From an uncultured Thermoplasmata archaeon (lineage in GTDB: Archaea; Thermoplasmatota; Thermoplasmata; Lutacidiplasmatales; UBA184): 64,000 nt of DNA. Below, in pieces: positions 50,830-61,154 of the stretch; position 1 is the first letter of the stretch, and each line of letters opens with the position of its first letter. Both the position numbers and the translations under genes were made by a program. The stretch lies in the NCBI GenBank assembly GCA_963749205.1, contig CAVVLW010000011.1:4367-68366 (forward strand). Reading direction: 5' to 3'. The notes under the pieces were generated by a model. That model searched no databases and had not been told where the DNA came from. It saw only the letters and a program-made list of their open reading frames with translations.

Positions 50830-52422
50830 ATGCCCGAAGTTGTGATCACCTGTGACTGGACGATGATGAGTGACCACCACGGGAAGGAATTCCTGGGGTT
50901 CGGCACCACCACCCCGGCCTACCTCTTCCCGGAGGCCGTGTACGCCAAGATGTTCTTTCCCAAGATGCCGTGCGATGAGAACGGCTTCCCCAAGATGGCA
51001 CCGTACGGGATGCGGAAGATCGAAGCCTCCCTCATGGACGCCGGTTTCGATGCCCGCATCGTCCACCCGAGCCACCTTGACAAGTACATGCCGGGCGAGG
51101 CGAAGGTCCTGCTCATCTCGGGTCACGATTATTTCGGCCTCAACCCGCCGAGTTCGACGTTCGGCGGCGTGATGCACAAAGAGCCGCTCAACTCGGTGAA
51201 CTTCAAGCGGATGCTGCGTCAGCCCGCGGTTGTCGAGGCGCGGAAGCAGGGGCTCAAGATCATCGCGGGGGGCCCGTGCGCCTGGCAGCTCGCTCCGGCC
51301 ACCCGGATGAAGCTCCCCTGGATCCAGGAGTTCGTCGACTCGATCGGCGGGATCGACACGGTGGTCGAGGGGGAAGCCGACCTGTTCGTCCGCGAGATCG
51401 TCGGGAAGGCGCTCCGCGATGAGTTCCTTCCGCCCCACGTGGTCATGAGCGCGAAGGAGGCGCCGAGAGTCGACCAGATCTCTTCGATCCGTTTCCCGAG
51501 CGTGAACGGGCTCATTGAAATCGGGCGAGGCTGCTGCCGCGGCTGCTCGTTCTGTTCCGTCACGACCCGCCCGACGCGGTGGTACCCCCTCGAGAAGATC
51601 GAGGAGGAGCTCAAGGTGAACGCGAAGATCGGCGTTCGCAAGGGACTCCTGCACTCGGACGACGTATACTTCTACGGAAGCCCGAACGTCATGCCGCACG
51701 AGGAAAAGCTGATCCCCCTGCTGAAGCTCGCGAAGCGGTACTACGCTCAGGTCGGCTGGAGCCATGTCGCAATCGCGTCGCTCATGACCAAGCCGAAGCT
51801 GCTCCAGAAATGCGGCGAGGTCCTCCTCGACGAGAAACAGGACTGGTGGGGCGTCGAGGTGGGCGTCGAGACCGGATCGCCTCGCATGGTGACCGCCGCG
51901 ATGCCGGGGAAGGTCGCACCGTTCAAGGCATCCCAGTGGCCTGAGTTGGTAATCCAGGCCGCCGGCCTGATGAACGACAACAAGGTCTACCCGGCGTGTA
52001 CCTTCATCGTCGGACTCCCCCAGGAGACCGAGGACGACGTCGCGAAGACGATCGACCTGATCGACGACCTGTGGGACTTCAAGGCGATCCTCGTGCCGAT
52101 GTTCTTCGTGCCTCTCGGGCACCTGAAGTCGCGGGACTGGATGAAGCGCGACCGGCTTTCTCCCCTCCAGCAAGAGTTGCTGAAGCGCGCCCTGACCCAC
52201 GGCCTGCGCCAGTCACGTGCGCTGCTGCACGACTTCTTCGACTGGGAGGGAAACCACACCCGGCTGTACCGGACGGGCTTCCTCGGGTTCATCAATTTCC
52301 TCGAAGGAATCGCCAAGCTGAACGGCCTGTACAGTCCTGCGGTCCGCCGTGGCCGCGAGATCGCGGACCCGAACCTGTACCCCGACCGGCTGCCGATCCC
52401 GACGATCCCCGTCCGTGAGTAG
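50830..52422 (+). CDS. radical SAM protein with N-terminal B12-binding-like (Rossmann) domain
   Basis: CxxxCxxC at GRGCCRGCSFCS (about residue 240). The N-terminal domain (KVLLISGHDYFGL...GLKIIAGGPCA) resembles class-B radical SAM cobalamin-binding modules. 530 aa, uninterrupted frame. Confidence 0.7.
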   Translation: MPEVVITCDWTMMSDHHGKEFLGFGTTTPAYLFPEAVYAKMFFPKMPCDENGFPKMAPYGMRKIEASLMDAGFDARIVHPSHLDKYMPGEAKVLLISGHDYFGLNPPSSTFGGVMHKEPLNSVNFKRMLRQPAVVEARKQGLKIIAGGPCAWQLAPATRMKLPWIQEFVDSIGGIDTVVEGEADLFVREIVGKALRDEFLPPHVVMSAKEAPRVDQISSIRFPSVNGLIEIGRGCCRGCSFCSVTTRPTRWYPLEKIEEELKVNAKIGVRKGLLHSDDVYFYGSPNVMPHEEKLIPLLKLAKRYYAQVGWSHVAIASLMTKPKLLQKCGEVLLDEKQDWWGVEVGVETGSPRMVTAAMPGKVAPFKASQWPELVIQAAGLMNDNKVYPACTFIVGLPQETEDDVAKTIDLIDDLWDFKAILVPMFFVPLGHLKSRDWMKRDRLSPLQQELLKRALTHGLRQSRALLHDFFDWEGNHTRLYRTGFLGFINFLEGIAKLNGLYSPAVRRGREIADPNLYPDRLPIPTIPVRE

Positions 52423-52431
52423 GCCGTCGGC

Positions 52432-52968
52432 CTACGCCTCGTCTTCGGGAAAGGACTCGTCCGGCGGGGCGGTCAGCGCCGCGCGCAGGGGCACCGGCCT
52501 TCGGTAAGGCGCCGGGGCAGATTCGTAGGCCGCCCGCGGCGTCTCCACCACCCGCAGGGTCGTCTCGCTTCCGTTCCCGTCGTAGGCCCTCCACGCGCCC
52601 CGTCCGTACGGGGCTCCGAGGATCAGGTGCCGCCGACCCCAGCTGCGGAAGAGCCGGAGGTCCGCGTCCGACGGGCGGAGCGCGCCCGAGGGGTGGGAGT
52701 GCACGGTGCCGGCGACCGAGAGGTCGGCGTGGAGCATCCATAGCTGGAAGTTGGCGTGGCGACGGCCGGCGGTGGTACCAGGGAGCAGCAACAACTCGCT
52801 GATGACCCCCGGCGGGTCGGCCCGCAGCACCCCCCCGAACTCATTCGGGAGGGCGGACCGTGCGCTCGCGAGCGCGCTCTCGAGGGCCCGGCGAGTGATC
52901 GCGGTCGGGGTGTCTCCGAGGCGGGGCCCGCCAGGGGGGCGCTTACGTTGGGGACGGAAGATCGGCAA
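52432..52968 (-). CDS. JAMM/MPN+ domain metalloprotein (Mov34 family)
   Basis: JAMM motif E...HSHPSGALRPSDADL (HxHx7Sx2D), 178 aa. Confidence 0.7.
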   Translation of the reverse strand: MPIFRPQRKRPPGGPRLGDTPTAITRRALESALASARSALPNEFGGVLRADPPGVISELLLLPGTTAGRRHANFQLWMLHADLSVAGTVHSHPSGALRPSDADLRLFRSWGRRHLILGAPYGRGAWRAYDGNGSETTLRVVETPRAAYESAPAPYRRPVPLRAALTAPPDESFPEDEA

Positions 52969-53821
52969 TCGACGGCCCCTCCTCGGCGAACTCCTCGGAC
53001 CACGGCAGGATCTTCTTCCCTCGAAGCCGCTGGAAGAACCGGGACCCGAATCGCACGAGGACCGCGCGTCGGGGAGAGCGATAGATGGTGACGGGCTCGG
53101 AGGGCGAGAGCCGGTACTCCGTCTCGCCGTCCACGACCACGACGGCGCCGGGCTTTTCCTCGACCGGACGCAAGCGCACGGTCCGCATCGGCTCGAGGAC
53201 GAGCGCGCGGGGGTCGGTACGGAACGGCGCGATCGCCGCGAGGACGAGGGCGTCGATCGAGCTATCGACGATCGGACCGCGGGAGCTCAGGGAGTAGGCG
53301 GTCGAGCCGGTGGGGCTCGCGACGATGAGACCGTCGGCGCGCAGTCGTCCCGCGACGTGGCCATCGAACGCGAGCTCGAAGAGACCCATCTTCGCGACCG
53401 CGGCCGAGTGAACCACGAACTCGTTCGTCGCGTCCGGGAGCGGCTGGTTCCCGATCTCGGCGGCGAGCTTCATCCGCTCCTCGAGGAAGTAGAATCCCTG
53501 AAGAAGGCGCTCGATCGCCCACTCGAACTCCTTGGGGTGGCGCGTCTCCACTTCCGCGAGGACCCCCACCGTGCCGGCGTTGATCGGCAAGAGTGGAGCG
53601 TTCGAGCGCCGGAGCGTGTGCAGGAACGTTCCGTCCCCTCCGATCGCGACGAGCACGTCGCATCCGATCCGCTCGAGCGGGGCGTGAGGGCGCGAGGGGT
53701 CGGCCCGCGCGACCTCGTCGCTCAGGAGGACTTCGGCGCGGTCGCCGACCAGCCGGAGGAGCTCGGAGGCGAGGTCGAGCGCCTTCGGCTTGTCGGGATG
53801 GGCGGTGAGGCCGATCTTCAG
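52943..53821 (-). CDS. nadK: NAD(+) kinase
   Basis: GGDGT motif (VLVAIGGDGTFL), NE/D short motif, ...DGLIVASPTGSTAYSLS... Probable TTG start (MKIGLTAHPDKP). The start overlaps the stop of the upstream IMPase gene (TTGA). Confidence 0.85.
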   Translation of the reverse strand: MKIGLTAHPDKPKALDLASELLRLVGDRAEVLLSDEVARADPSRPHAPLERIGCDVLVAIGGDGTFLHTLRRSNAPLLPINAGTVGVLAEVETRHPKEFEWAIERLLQGFYFLEERMKLAAEIGNQPLPDATNEFVVHSAAVAKMGLFELAFDGHVAGRLRADGLIVASPTGSTAYSLSSRGPIVDSSIDALVLAAIAPFRTDPRALVLEPMRTVRLRPVEEKPGAVVVVDGETEYRLSPSEPVTIYRSPRRAVLVRFGSRFFQRLRGKKILPWSEEFAEEGPSIADLPSPT

Positions 53822-54627
53822 AGATATCCCTCCTCCGCGGCCTTCCGGAACCCTGGGTCTCCCCACGCGAGGACGCTCGTACGCCGCTCGAGCGTGAGGG
53901 GGAATGCGTCAAGGGATTTCCCGCGGGCGTCGGTGACCCCTCCGCCGGCCTCCTCCACGATCCGATACGCTGCGGCGATGTCGGTCGAGCGGAGATTTCG
54001 GGCGTCGGGGTCGTTCTCGAAAAAGAACCCGTCGGCGCCCCCCTGGGCCACCATCAAGAGCTCCTGGGAGGCGCAACCGAGCGAGCGCACGCGCCGCGCC
54101 TTGCCGGCGAGACGGACCGACCGTGCCGTCGCGTTGCGCCCGAGGTTCACGAACACCGTTTCCGTCTTCGGGTTCCATGGGCGGGTCTGGATCGGCCGTC
54201 CGTCCCGGAACGCTCCGGTCCCGCGGCTCGCCCACCAGGTCGTCCCGTGATGGAGGTCGCGGACCAGGCCCACGTCGATCCCCGCAAGATCCCCTCGGCC
54301 GAGAGCGAGGGAGACGGTGAAGAACGGCAGGTTCCGAAGCGCGTTGTGGCTCCCGTCGATCGGGTCGACGACGAGGGTTCGATCGCCCCCGCGCGAGACG
54401 TGGCCGATCTCCTCGGAGAGCAGATCCCAGTCGACCCCTTCCGCGTCCAGCACGCGGAGTATCTCCCCCTCGGCGAGTCGGTCCAGCTCCTCGGTCGGGG
54501 TCCCGTCCGCGCCCATCGCGACCACGTCGGCGCGGTGCGGCGAACTGCGGGCGTCCCGCACGACCCGGTGGACCGCGACGCTCACCCGGTAGAGCACCTC
54601 GAGCTCCGGCGGCGCCCCTCCGACCAC
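53818..54627 (-). CDS. suhB: inositol-monophosphatase-family phosphatase (IMPase/FBPase/NADP-phosphatase type)
   Basis: ...VVDPIDGSHNALRNLPFFTVSLAL... (DPIDGT motif), ...WASRGTGAF..., C-terminal ...WGDPGF... typical of archaeal IMPase/FBPase. Confidence 0.8.
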   Translation of the reverse strand: MVGGAPPELEVLYRVSVAVHRVVRDARSSPHRADVVAMGADGTPTEELDRLAEGEILRVLDAEGVDWDLLSEEIGHVSRGGDRTLVVDPIDGSHNALRNLPFFTVSLALGRGDLAGIDVGLVRDLHHGTTWWASRGTGAFRDGRPIQTRPWNPKTETVFVNLGRNATARSVRLAGKARRVRSLGCASQELLMVAQGGADGFFFENDPDARNLRSTDIAAAYRIVEEAGGGVTDARGKSLDAFPLTLERRTSVLAWGDPGFRKAAEEGYL

Positions 54628-54724
54628 GGACGCCGGACAGAGGGCGAATTAATGACCCCTTCTTCGGGTCCGACCGGCCCTCGACCCGGCATGACGTTAT
54701 CTGGGGACGCCGCTCGGCCGGGCG

Positions 54725-55957
54725 ATGGAACTCCAGTTTCTCGGGGGCGCTTCGGAGATCGGATCGCTCGGCCTCGTCGTGCGCGACCAAGGGCGCACCC
54801 TTCTCTTCGATTACGGGATGACGCCCACGGACCCGCCGACCTATCCGCGACCGGCGCCCGTGAACATCGACGTGGCGTTCCTCTCGCACGCCCATCTCGA
54901 CCATTCGGGAATGACCCCGGTCCTGAGCCGGCTCCCGAAAGCCCGCCTCGTCGCGACGTCGGTCACCATCGCGGTCGCGGACGTGCTGACCCGGGACGCG
55001 CTCAAGATCGCCCGGATCGAGGGGTACCTTCCCCCCTACACCTCCCAGGACATCCACTCGGTCGGTGAGCGGTTCACCGCGGTCGACCGGCACACCACGT
55101 TCCGGCACAAGGGGATCGAGGTCCAGATGACCTCGGCGGGTCACATCCCCGGAGCAGCGATGATGCTCTACAAGGGCGCGAAGGACGTACTGTTCACGGG
55201 CGACCTGCAGACGATGCCGACCCACTTGGTCGGGGGGGCCGAACCGCTCGAGTGCGACGTGCTCGTCATCGAATCGACCTACGCCGGCAAGGAGCACCCC
55301 GACCGGAAGGAGACGGAACGACGCTTCCGCGACAAGGTCGCGGAGACGATCGAACGCGGCGGGAAGGTGATCGTTCCGGCGTTCGCCGTCGGACGCGCGC
55401 AAGAGGTCCTGATGGCGCTCGCATCGTCCGGGTTCGAGACCTACCTCGACGGGATGGCTCGCAAGGTGAACTCGATCTACCTGAGCGCTCCCGAGTACCT
55501 CGCCGACGCGCGACGATTCCGCCGAGCGCTCGAAGCCGTGCACATGATCGAAGCCCCCGGCGACCGGAAGAAGGCGCTGCGAGAGGCCGACGTGATCGTC
55601 ACCACCGGCGGGATGTTGGACGGCGGCCCGGTCCTGTACTACATCGGCGAGCTCTACCGGGACGCGAACAGCTCGATCTTCCTGACGGGATACCAGGTCG
55701 AGGGGTCGAACGGCCGCCAACTCATGGATGAGGGAACGCTCACGATCGACGAAACGACGATCCATCCGGTGTGCGAGATCGAGAAGTTCGATTTCTCGGC
55801 CCATGCTGGCCACTCCGACCTCGTTCGATTCATCGAGGAAAGCCATGCCCAGACGGTCGTCCTCATGCACGGGGACCGCCGCGAGCTCCTGAAGGAAGCG
55901 CTCCCCGAATCGCTCAACGTGCTGCTTCCCGAGAACGGGGAGCCGTTCACGCTCTGA
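54725..55957 (+). CDS. beta-CASP MBL-fold ribonuclease (aCPSF/RNase-J-like, no KH domains)
   Basis: FLSHAHLDHSG (HxHxDH), beta-CASP motifs A/B/C (...VLVIESTYAG..., ...FDFSAHAGHSDL..., ...VVLMHGD). Confidence 0.8.
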   Translation: MELQFLGGASEIGSLGLVVRDQGRTLLFDYGMTPTDPPTYPRPAPVNIDVAFLSHAHLDHSGMTPVLSRLPKARLVATSVTIAVADVLTRDALKIARIEGYLPPYTSQDIHSVGERFTAVDRHTTFRHKGIEVQMTSAGHIPGAAMMLYKGAKDVLFTGDLQTMPTHLVGGAEPLECDVLVIESTYAGKEHPDRKETERRFRDKVAETIERGGKVIVPAFAVGRAQEVLMALASSGFETYLDGMARKVNSIYLSAPEYLADARRFRRALEAVHMIEAPGDRKKALREADVIVTTGGMLDGGPVLYYIGELYRDANSSIFLTGYQVEGSNGRQLMDEGTLTIDETTIHPVCEIEKFDFSAHAGHSDLVRFIEESHAQTVVLMHGDRRELLKEALPESLNVLLPENGEPFTL

Positions 55958-57068
55958 CTAGCGGGGACCCCGTTCGCGCCGGGCCCGGTCGCGCCGGGGA
56001 CGGGGTTCGACGATCTCGTCGTCCTCTCGCGCGCCGAGCATCGTCGATTCCGCTTCCACGGTCGCCTCCTGGAGCGGGGGAAGGTCGCCTCTTGGCCGCA
56101 TCAGGGTCCGCAGCGTTGTCCAGAGCGGTTCGATCCCCTCGCCCGTGGTCGCGGAGACCCGGGGCCGTTCGGTCGCGCGCCGGGCGAGGTCGGCCTTCGT
56201 CTCGACATCGATGATCGGGATCCCGGGATACTCCTCGCGCCATCGGGCGAGCAGGGCCTCCTGCTCCTCGAGGGTATAGCCGGACATTCCCGTGGGGTCG
56301 ATCACGAAGAGGACGACCGTCGCCGCTCGCCCGACCGCGGTGGTCGCCTCCTCCTCGGCCAGGTTCGCCCGGTGTTTTCGTCCGAGCACTCCGGGCGTAT
56401 CGAGGACCTGGAGCCGGTCGAAGCCGAGGTCGGCGTGGCCGACCGCGATCGAGAGGGTGGTGAACGGATAATCCGCGACCTTGGGGCGCGCGGTGGAGAG
56501 CCGGGCGACCAGCGAGGATTTGCCGACGTTCGGAAATCCCGCGACCACCAGGGTCGGGGCGGACGGGTCGAGGTGCGGTCGGTCGTGGAGGAAATCGGTG
56601 ATCGCCCGAAGACTCTCGATGTCCCGGTCGACCTCGCGCACGAAGCTCGAGAGGCGGCCGTAGTACGCACGGATCTGGTCCCCGAGCTCCTCCGAGCCCG
56701 ACGCCCGCCGGGTCGCCTGCTCCGCGTCGCGCGACAGTCCGCGGATCCGCTCCTCGGCACGCCGCAGGCGCAGCAGGGACCGGTCGAGCGTTCCGTCCCC
56801 GAACGCCCCCGCGACGAGCGCTTTCTCGAATTCGGTGAGACCGGGCTTCGCGAAACGTCGGGCCTCGATTCGAAGGTGTCGTGACGACGGTGGCGCCGCT
56901 CCGGACGACCTTCAACTTCGCGCGTAGGCGGTCGCGTTCGGGCTTCGTGTCACCGTGCGGCGTCGCGAGCGAGGCCCGGTGGAACGCGGTGTCCAGGATC
57001 TCGACGGACGGGGGCGGGCGACGCGGCGTCGACGCCCCCCGACGCCCCGGAACCCTCGCCCGTGCCAC
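55958..57068 (-). CDS. NOG1-family GTPase; frame changes near 56650-56900
   Basis: G domain LVVAGFPNVGKSSLVARLSTARPKVADYPFTTL...DTPGVL...ETKADL (ORF 55958..56641). The N-terminal NOG1 domain ...ILDTAFHRAS... / ...FRIEARRFAKPGLTEFEKALV... lies in other frames. Confidence 0.7.
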
Positions 57069-57142
57069 CGAAACTCCCCGCGCGGGGGAGGCGGGCCGCT
57101 CGAATACGTTTGCCCCGTCGCTCCCTCGGTCATCCGAACTGA

Positions 57143-57148
57143 TTTATT
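57143..57148 (+). promoter_or_regulatory. TATA-like TTTATT upstream of gcvPA
   Basis: AT-rich hexamer about 36-41 nt upstream of the GTG/TTG start candidates (57178/57184). Confidence 0.3.
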
Positions 57149-57183
57149 CCCGCCCCCGCTCCCTCGCTCCCCGGAGATTGGTC

Positions 57184-58566
57184 GTGTCTCGCTGGATTTC
57201 GAACGAGCCCGGCGAGGAGACCGCACTGCTCGAGGCCCTCGGCATCTCCTCGGTGGACCAACTGTTCACGGACGTCCCCAAGAAGGCCCGGATCGGACGC
57301 ATGGGCGTGGGACCGGGCCACGACGAACCCGAGGTCGTTCGCCTGGTCGACCAGATCCTGGAGCGGAACAAGCCCCTCGCCAAGTTCGCGAGCTTTCTCG
57401 GGGGACGCGTCTCGACGCGGTACACCCCGGCCGCCGTGGACGCGATCGTTTCCCGCAGCGAATTCTACACGGCCTACACGCCCTACCAGCCCGAGGCGAG
57501 CCAGGGGATGCTGCGGGTCCTGTTCGAGTTCCAGAGCCTCTGGGTCGAACTTACCGGCCTCGATGTCGCGAACGCCTCCCTCTACGACGGCGCCACCGCG
57601 GCCGGTGAGGCGCTCTTGTTCAGCCACCGGGTCCACGAGGGGCAACGGTTCCTCGTGCCCGCCAGCCTTCCGTGGGAGGAGAAGAGCGTCCTCCGGAACT
57701 ACGCGAGCGGACCCCGACTGACCGTGGAGGAGGTCCCGTACGACGATCGTACCGGACGTCTCGACGTCGATTTCATCCGGCGCGCCGTGGCGGCGGGCGA
57801 CGTCTTCGGGGTGCTCGCCGACGTGCCGAACGGTTTCGGCCACGTCGACGAAGGGGTCGCCGACCTGAAAGGGATCCTCGGAGAGATTCCCCTCGTCGTG
57901 GAAGCCGACCCGCTCGCCCTATCGGTCCTCGAACCTCCGGGAAGCTACGGCGCCGACGTCGTAATCGGCGAGGGGCAGGGTTTCGGGATCGCTCCCTCGT
58001 TTGGAGGGCCACTCCTCGGGTTGTTTGCATGCCGGTCCGAGCACGTGCGCTCTGCGCCGGGGCGGATCGTTGGGGCGACCCACGACGTGGATGGGCGCCC
58101 CGCGTTCACGCTCACGTTGCAGACGCGAGAGCAGCACATCCGCCGCTCGCGGGCGACGTCCAACATCTGCACGAACCAGTCCCTGATGGCCCTCGCCTTC
58201 GTCGTCTACGCGAGCCTCGTTGGACCCCGGGGCCTAGCAGAGCTTCAGGCGCGAGTCGCGGAGAAGGCACGAACGCTCGCGAGCGCCCTCGGCGGGATCG
58301 AGGGGATCCAGGCCCCCCGGTTCGACTCGCCGTACCTGGGGGAGTTCACGATCGAACTGACGCGCGGAACCGCCGCCGAATTCCTCGACCGCCTCCGCCG
58401 GAAGAAGATCCTGGGCGGTCACCCGCTCGCCGACCCACGTCCCGGTGCCGAGGGGACTCCGGAGCGGCTCCTCGTGGCCGCGTCCGACGCGACGACCGAG
58501 AAGGAGATCGAGAAATACACCCGGGCCGCCCGCGCCGCGATCGATGCGGTGGGGAGGAGCGCGTGA
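57184..58566 (+). CDS. gcvPA: glycine dehydrogenase (decarboxylating) subunit 1
   Basis: VSRWISNEPGEETALLEALGISSVDQLFTDVP...YTPYQPEASQG... (split-type P-protein N-terminal half). GTG start; the alternative is TTG 57178. Confidence 0.85.
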   Translation: MSRWISNEPGEETALLEALGISSVDQLFTDVPKKARIGRMGVGPGHDEPEVVRLVDQILERNKPLAKFASFLGGRVSTRYTPAAVDAIVSRSEFYTAYTPYQPEASQGMLRVLFEFQSLWVELTGLDVANASLYDGATAAGEALLFSHRVHEGQRFLVPASLPWEEKSVLRNYASGPRLTVEEVPYDDRTGRLDVDFIRRAVAAGDVFGVLADVPNGFGHVDEGVADLKGILGEIPLVVEADPLALSVLEPPGSYGADVVIGEGQGFGIAPSFGGPLLGLFACRSEHVRSAPGRIVGATHDVDGRPAFTLTLQTREQHIRRSRATSNICTNQSLMALAFVVYASLVGPRGLAELQARVAEKARTLASALGGIEGIQAPRFDSPYLGEFTIELTRGTAAEFLDRLRRKKILGGHPLADPRPGAEGTPERLLVAASDATTEKEIEKYTRAARAAIDAVGRSA

Positions 58567-60050
58567 CGTTCCGTCAGGCCCGGTGGGACGAGCCCTCCAT
58601 TTGGGACCTCTCCCCGCCCCGGGACGGGGTCGCCCCTCCCACGATCGCCGGGATTCCCGAGCGCCTCCGTCGCAAGGAGGCCGTTCGGTGGCCGGAGCTC
58701 TCCGAGCTCGAAGTGGTCCGCCACTACACTCGGCTCTCTCAGATGAACTTCGGGATCGACACGGCCCCCTACCCCCTGGGGTCGTGTACGATGAAGTACA
58801 ACCCGAAGGTCTCGGAACTGCTCGCCCGCCGACCGGGGGCCGCGAACCTCCACCCCTACCAACCGGAGGAGACGGTCCAGGGGGCGCTCGAGCTTCTCTG
58901 GCGACTCGAGCGGATCCTCACGAAAGTCACCGGACTCCCCGAGGTCTCTCTCCAGGCCGGCGCGGGGGCGCACGGGGAGTGGGCCGCCCTATTGATGGTC
59001 CGAGCCTTCCTCCGTGACCGGGGAGAGATCGACCGGCGGACCGAGGTGCTCCTTCCCGACACGGCCCACGGAACCAATCCGGCGTCGGCGATGATGGCCG
59101 GCTTCACGACCCGCGAGATCCGGTCCAAGGAAGGGTGCGTCGACCTCGATGCCCTTCGTGCGGCCGTCAGCGACCGGACCGCCTGTTTCATGCTCACCAA
59201 CCCGAACACGGCCGGGTTGTTCGAGAGCGACATCCTCGAGATCGCGGAGATCGTCCACGGAGCGGGGGGGACGCTCTATTACGATGGAGCAAACCTGAAC
59301 GCGATCCTCGGGATCACGCACCCGGGACGGATGGGGTTCGACGTCGCGCACCTGAACCTCCACAAGACGTTCGCGACGCCCCACGGGGGCGGGGGCCCGG
59401 GCGCGGGGGTGCTGGGAGCGAGCGAGGCGCTCGCGCCGTACCTTCCCGTCCCCCGGGTGGTCAAGAACGGGAGGAAGTTCCGTCTCGATTACGACCGACC
59501 GAAGTCGATCGGCAAGATCAAGACGGCCTACGGAAATTTCGGGCTCGACGTCCGGGCCTACGTCTTCGCTCTCACGCACGGGGAGGAAGGCCTCAACCAC
59601 GTGGCCCGTCGGGCCGTGCTCAACTCGAACTACCTCGCCCTCCGAATGGGAAAGAGCCTGCCCCGACCATTCCGGGCGCTGGTGAAGCACGAGTTCTTGC
59701 TCTCCGGGGCCCCACTGAAGGTCCACGGGGTGCGGACCCTCGACCTCGCGAAACGTCTCCTCGACGAAGGGGTGCACGCCCCGACCGTCTACTTCCCGTC
59801 CCTCGTAGAGGAGTCATTGATGGTCGAGCTCCCCGAGACCGAGTCCAAGCGCGAGCTCGACAACTACGTCGCCGCGTTCGAGCGCGCGGTCTCCGACACT
59901 CCCGAGAACCTCCGGGCAGCGCCCCGTTGGCTCGCCGTCGGCCGGATCGACGAGGTGCAAGCCGCTCGCGAACCCCGCCTCTCCTGGAAGGACCTCCGCG
60001 CGGCGGGGGCAAAGGTTGAAACCCCGGGGCCGGTGGGTTCGGGGCGATGA
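58563..60050 (+). CDS. gcvPB: glycine dehydrogenase (decarboxylating) subunit 2
   Basis: ...LGSCTMKYNP..., PLP-lysine region ...AHLNLHKTFATPHGGGGPG...; GTGA overlap with the gcvPA stop. Confidence 0.9.
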   Translation: MTFRQARWDEPSIWDLSPPRDGVAPPTIAGIPERLRRKEAVRWPELSELEVVRHYTRLSQMNFGIDTAPYPLGSCTMKYNPKVSELLARRPGAANLHPYQPEETVQGALELLWRLERILTKVTGLPEVSLQAGAGAHGEWAALLMVRAFLRDRGEIDRRTEVLLPDTAHGTNPASAMMAGFTTREIRSKEGCVDLDALRAAVSDRTACFMLTNPNTAGLFESDILEIAEIVHGAGGTLYYDGANLNAILGITHPGRMGFDVAHLNLHKTFATPHGGGGPGAGVLGASEALAPYLPVPRVVKNGRKFRLDYDRPKSIGKIKTAYGNFGLDVRAYVFALTHGEEGLNHVARRAVLNSNYLALRMGKSLPRPFRALVKHEFLLSGAPLKVHGVRTLDLAKRLLDEGVHAPTVYFPSLVEESLMVELPETESKRELDNYVAAFERAVSDTPENLRAAPRWLAVGRIDEVQAAREPRLSWKDLRAAGAKVETPGPVGSGR

Positions 60051-61154
60051 AGCCCCGAGTCCTCAAGATCTTCGCGCAGCTCGACCCGAAACCGGAGGCG
60101 GTCCTCTTCTCGAACGCGATCGACCCGCACCTCGACCAGACGTTCTTCTACCTGTTCGACGTGCCCGCGGGCCTCTTCGAGGGGTCGATCGCGATCGGCC
60201 ACCCGGACGGGGAACTCGACGTCTTCTCTTCGCCGCTCGAGGCCGAGACCGCGCACGAGGCGGCGAAGCGCGACCCCCATGTGACCGTCCACGTCGTCGC
60301 GCGCGACGAGACGGCCGCCGCCGCCCGCAAGCTCCTCGGGCCGAGGACCACGCTCGGGCTCAACTACCGAGAATTGACCCACGAATGGTTCCTGCGCCTG
60401 GATTCGGCGTTCGGCGGACCGAAGTGGGTCGACTGCTCGAACGCAATCCGGCGCGCGCGCGTGACCAAGGATGCCAACGAGGTGGAACTCCTCCGGAAGG
60501 CAGGGGAGATCGGCTCGAAGGTCGGTCGAGGAGATCCCGGGGCTGCTCAAGGCCGGCATGTCCGAGCTCGAGCTCGCCGCGGAGATGGAGTACCGGATGA
60601 ACCGACACGGCGCGAGCGGGCGCTCGTTCGCCACGATCGTCGCGTTCGGTCCCCACAGCGCCGAGCCGCACTACGCGCCGGCCGAAACGAAACTGAAAGC
60701 GGGCGACTCGATCGTCTGCGACTTCGGCGCGTACTACCGGCGCTACGCGAGCGACATCACCCGCTCGTTCCATTTCGGGCGACGGGACGACGAGATGAAG
60801 AAGGTCCACGAGACCGTGCTCAAAGCCCAGCAGGCCGCCCTGGCGGTCGTTCGACCAGGAGTCCCTTCGAAGGAGGTCCACCTCGCCGCCGCGAAGGTGA
60901 TCGACGACTCTCCGTGGAAGGGCCGCCTGACCCATGGGGTCGGTCACTCCATCGGCCTGGTCGTACACGACGGATGGGCCTACGGGGCCACGGCCGAGGA
61001 TGCGCTGGAAGTGGGGATGGCGATCACGGTCGAACCCGGCATCTACCTGCCCGGCCACGGAGGGGTCCGGATCGAGGACGACATCGTCGTCACGAAGAAC
61101 GGATACGAGTTCCTTACCACCGCTCCGCGAGAGTACCTCGAGGTCCCGGCGTGA
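60047..61154 (+). CDS. pepP: Xaa-Pro aminopeptidase/prolidase (M24B); frame change near 60520
   Basis: Creatinase-type N-domain, then the pita-bread core with metal ligands ...DFGAYYRRYASDITRSF..., ...HGVGHSIGLVVHD..., ...VEPGIY..., ...IEDDIVVT. ATGA overlap with the gcvPB stop. Confidence 0.8.

Noticed and set aside
53909-55870. 653-aa minus-strand ORF
   Set aside because: Antisense to the beta-CASP nuclease and IMPase genes. Poly-R/G/D low-complexity translation.
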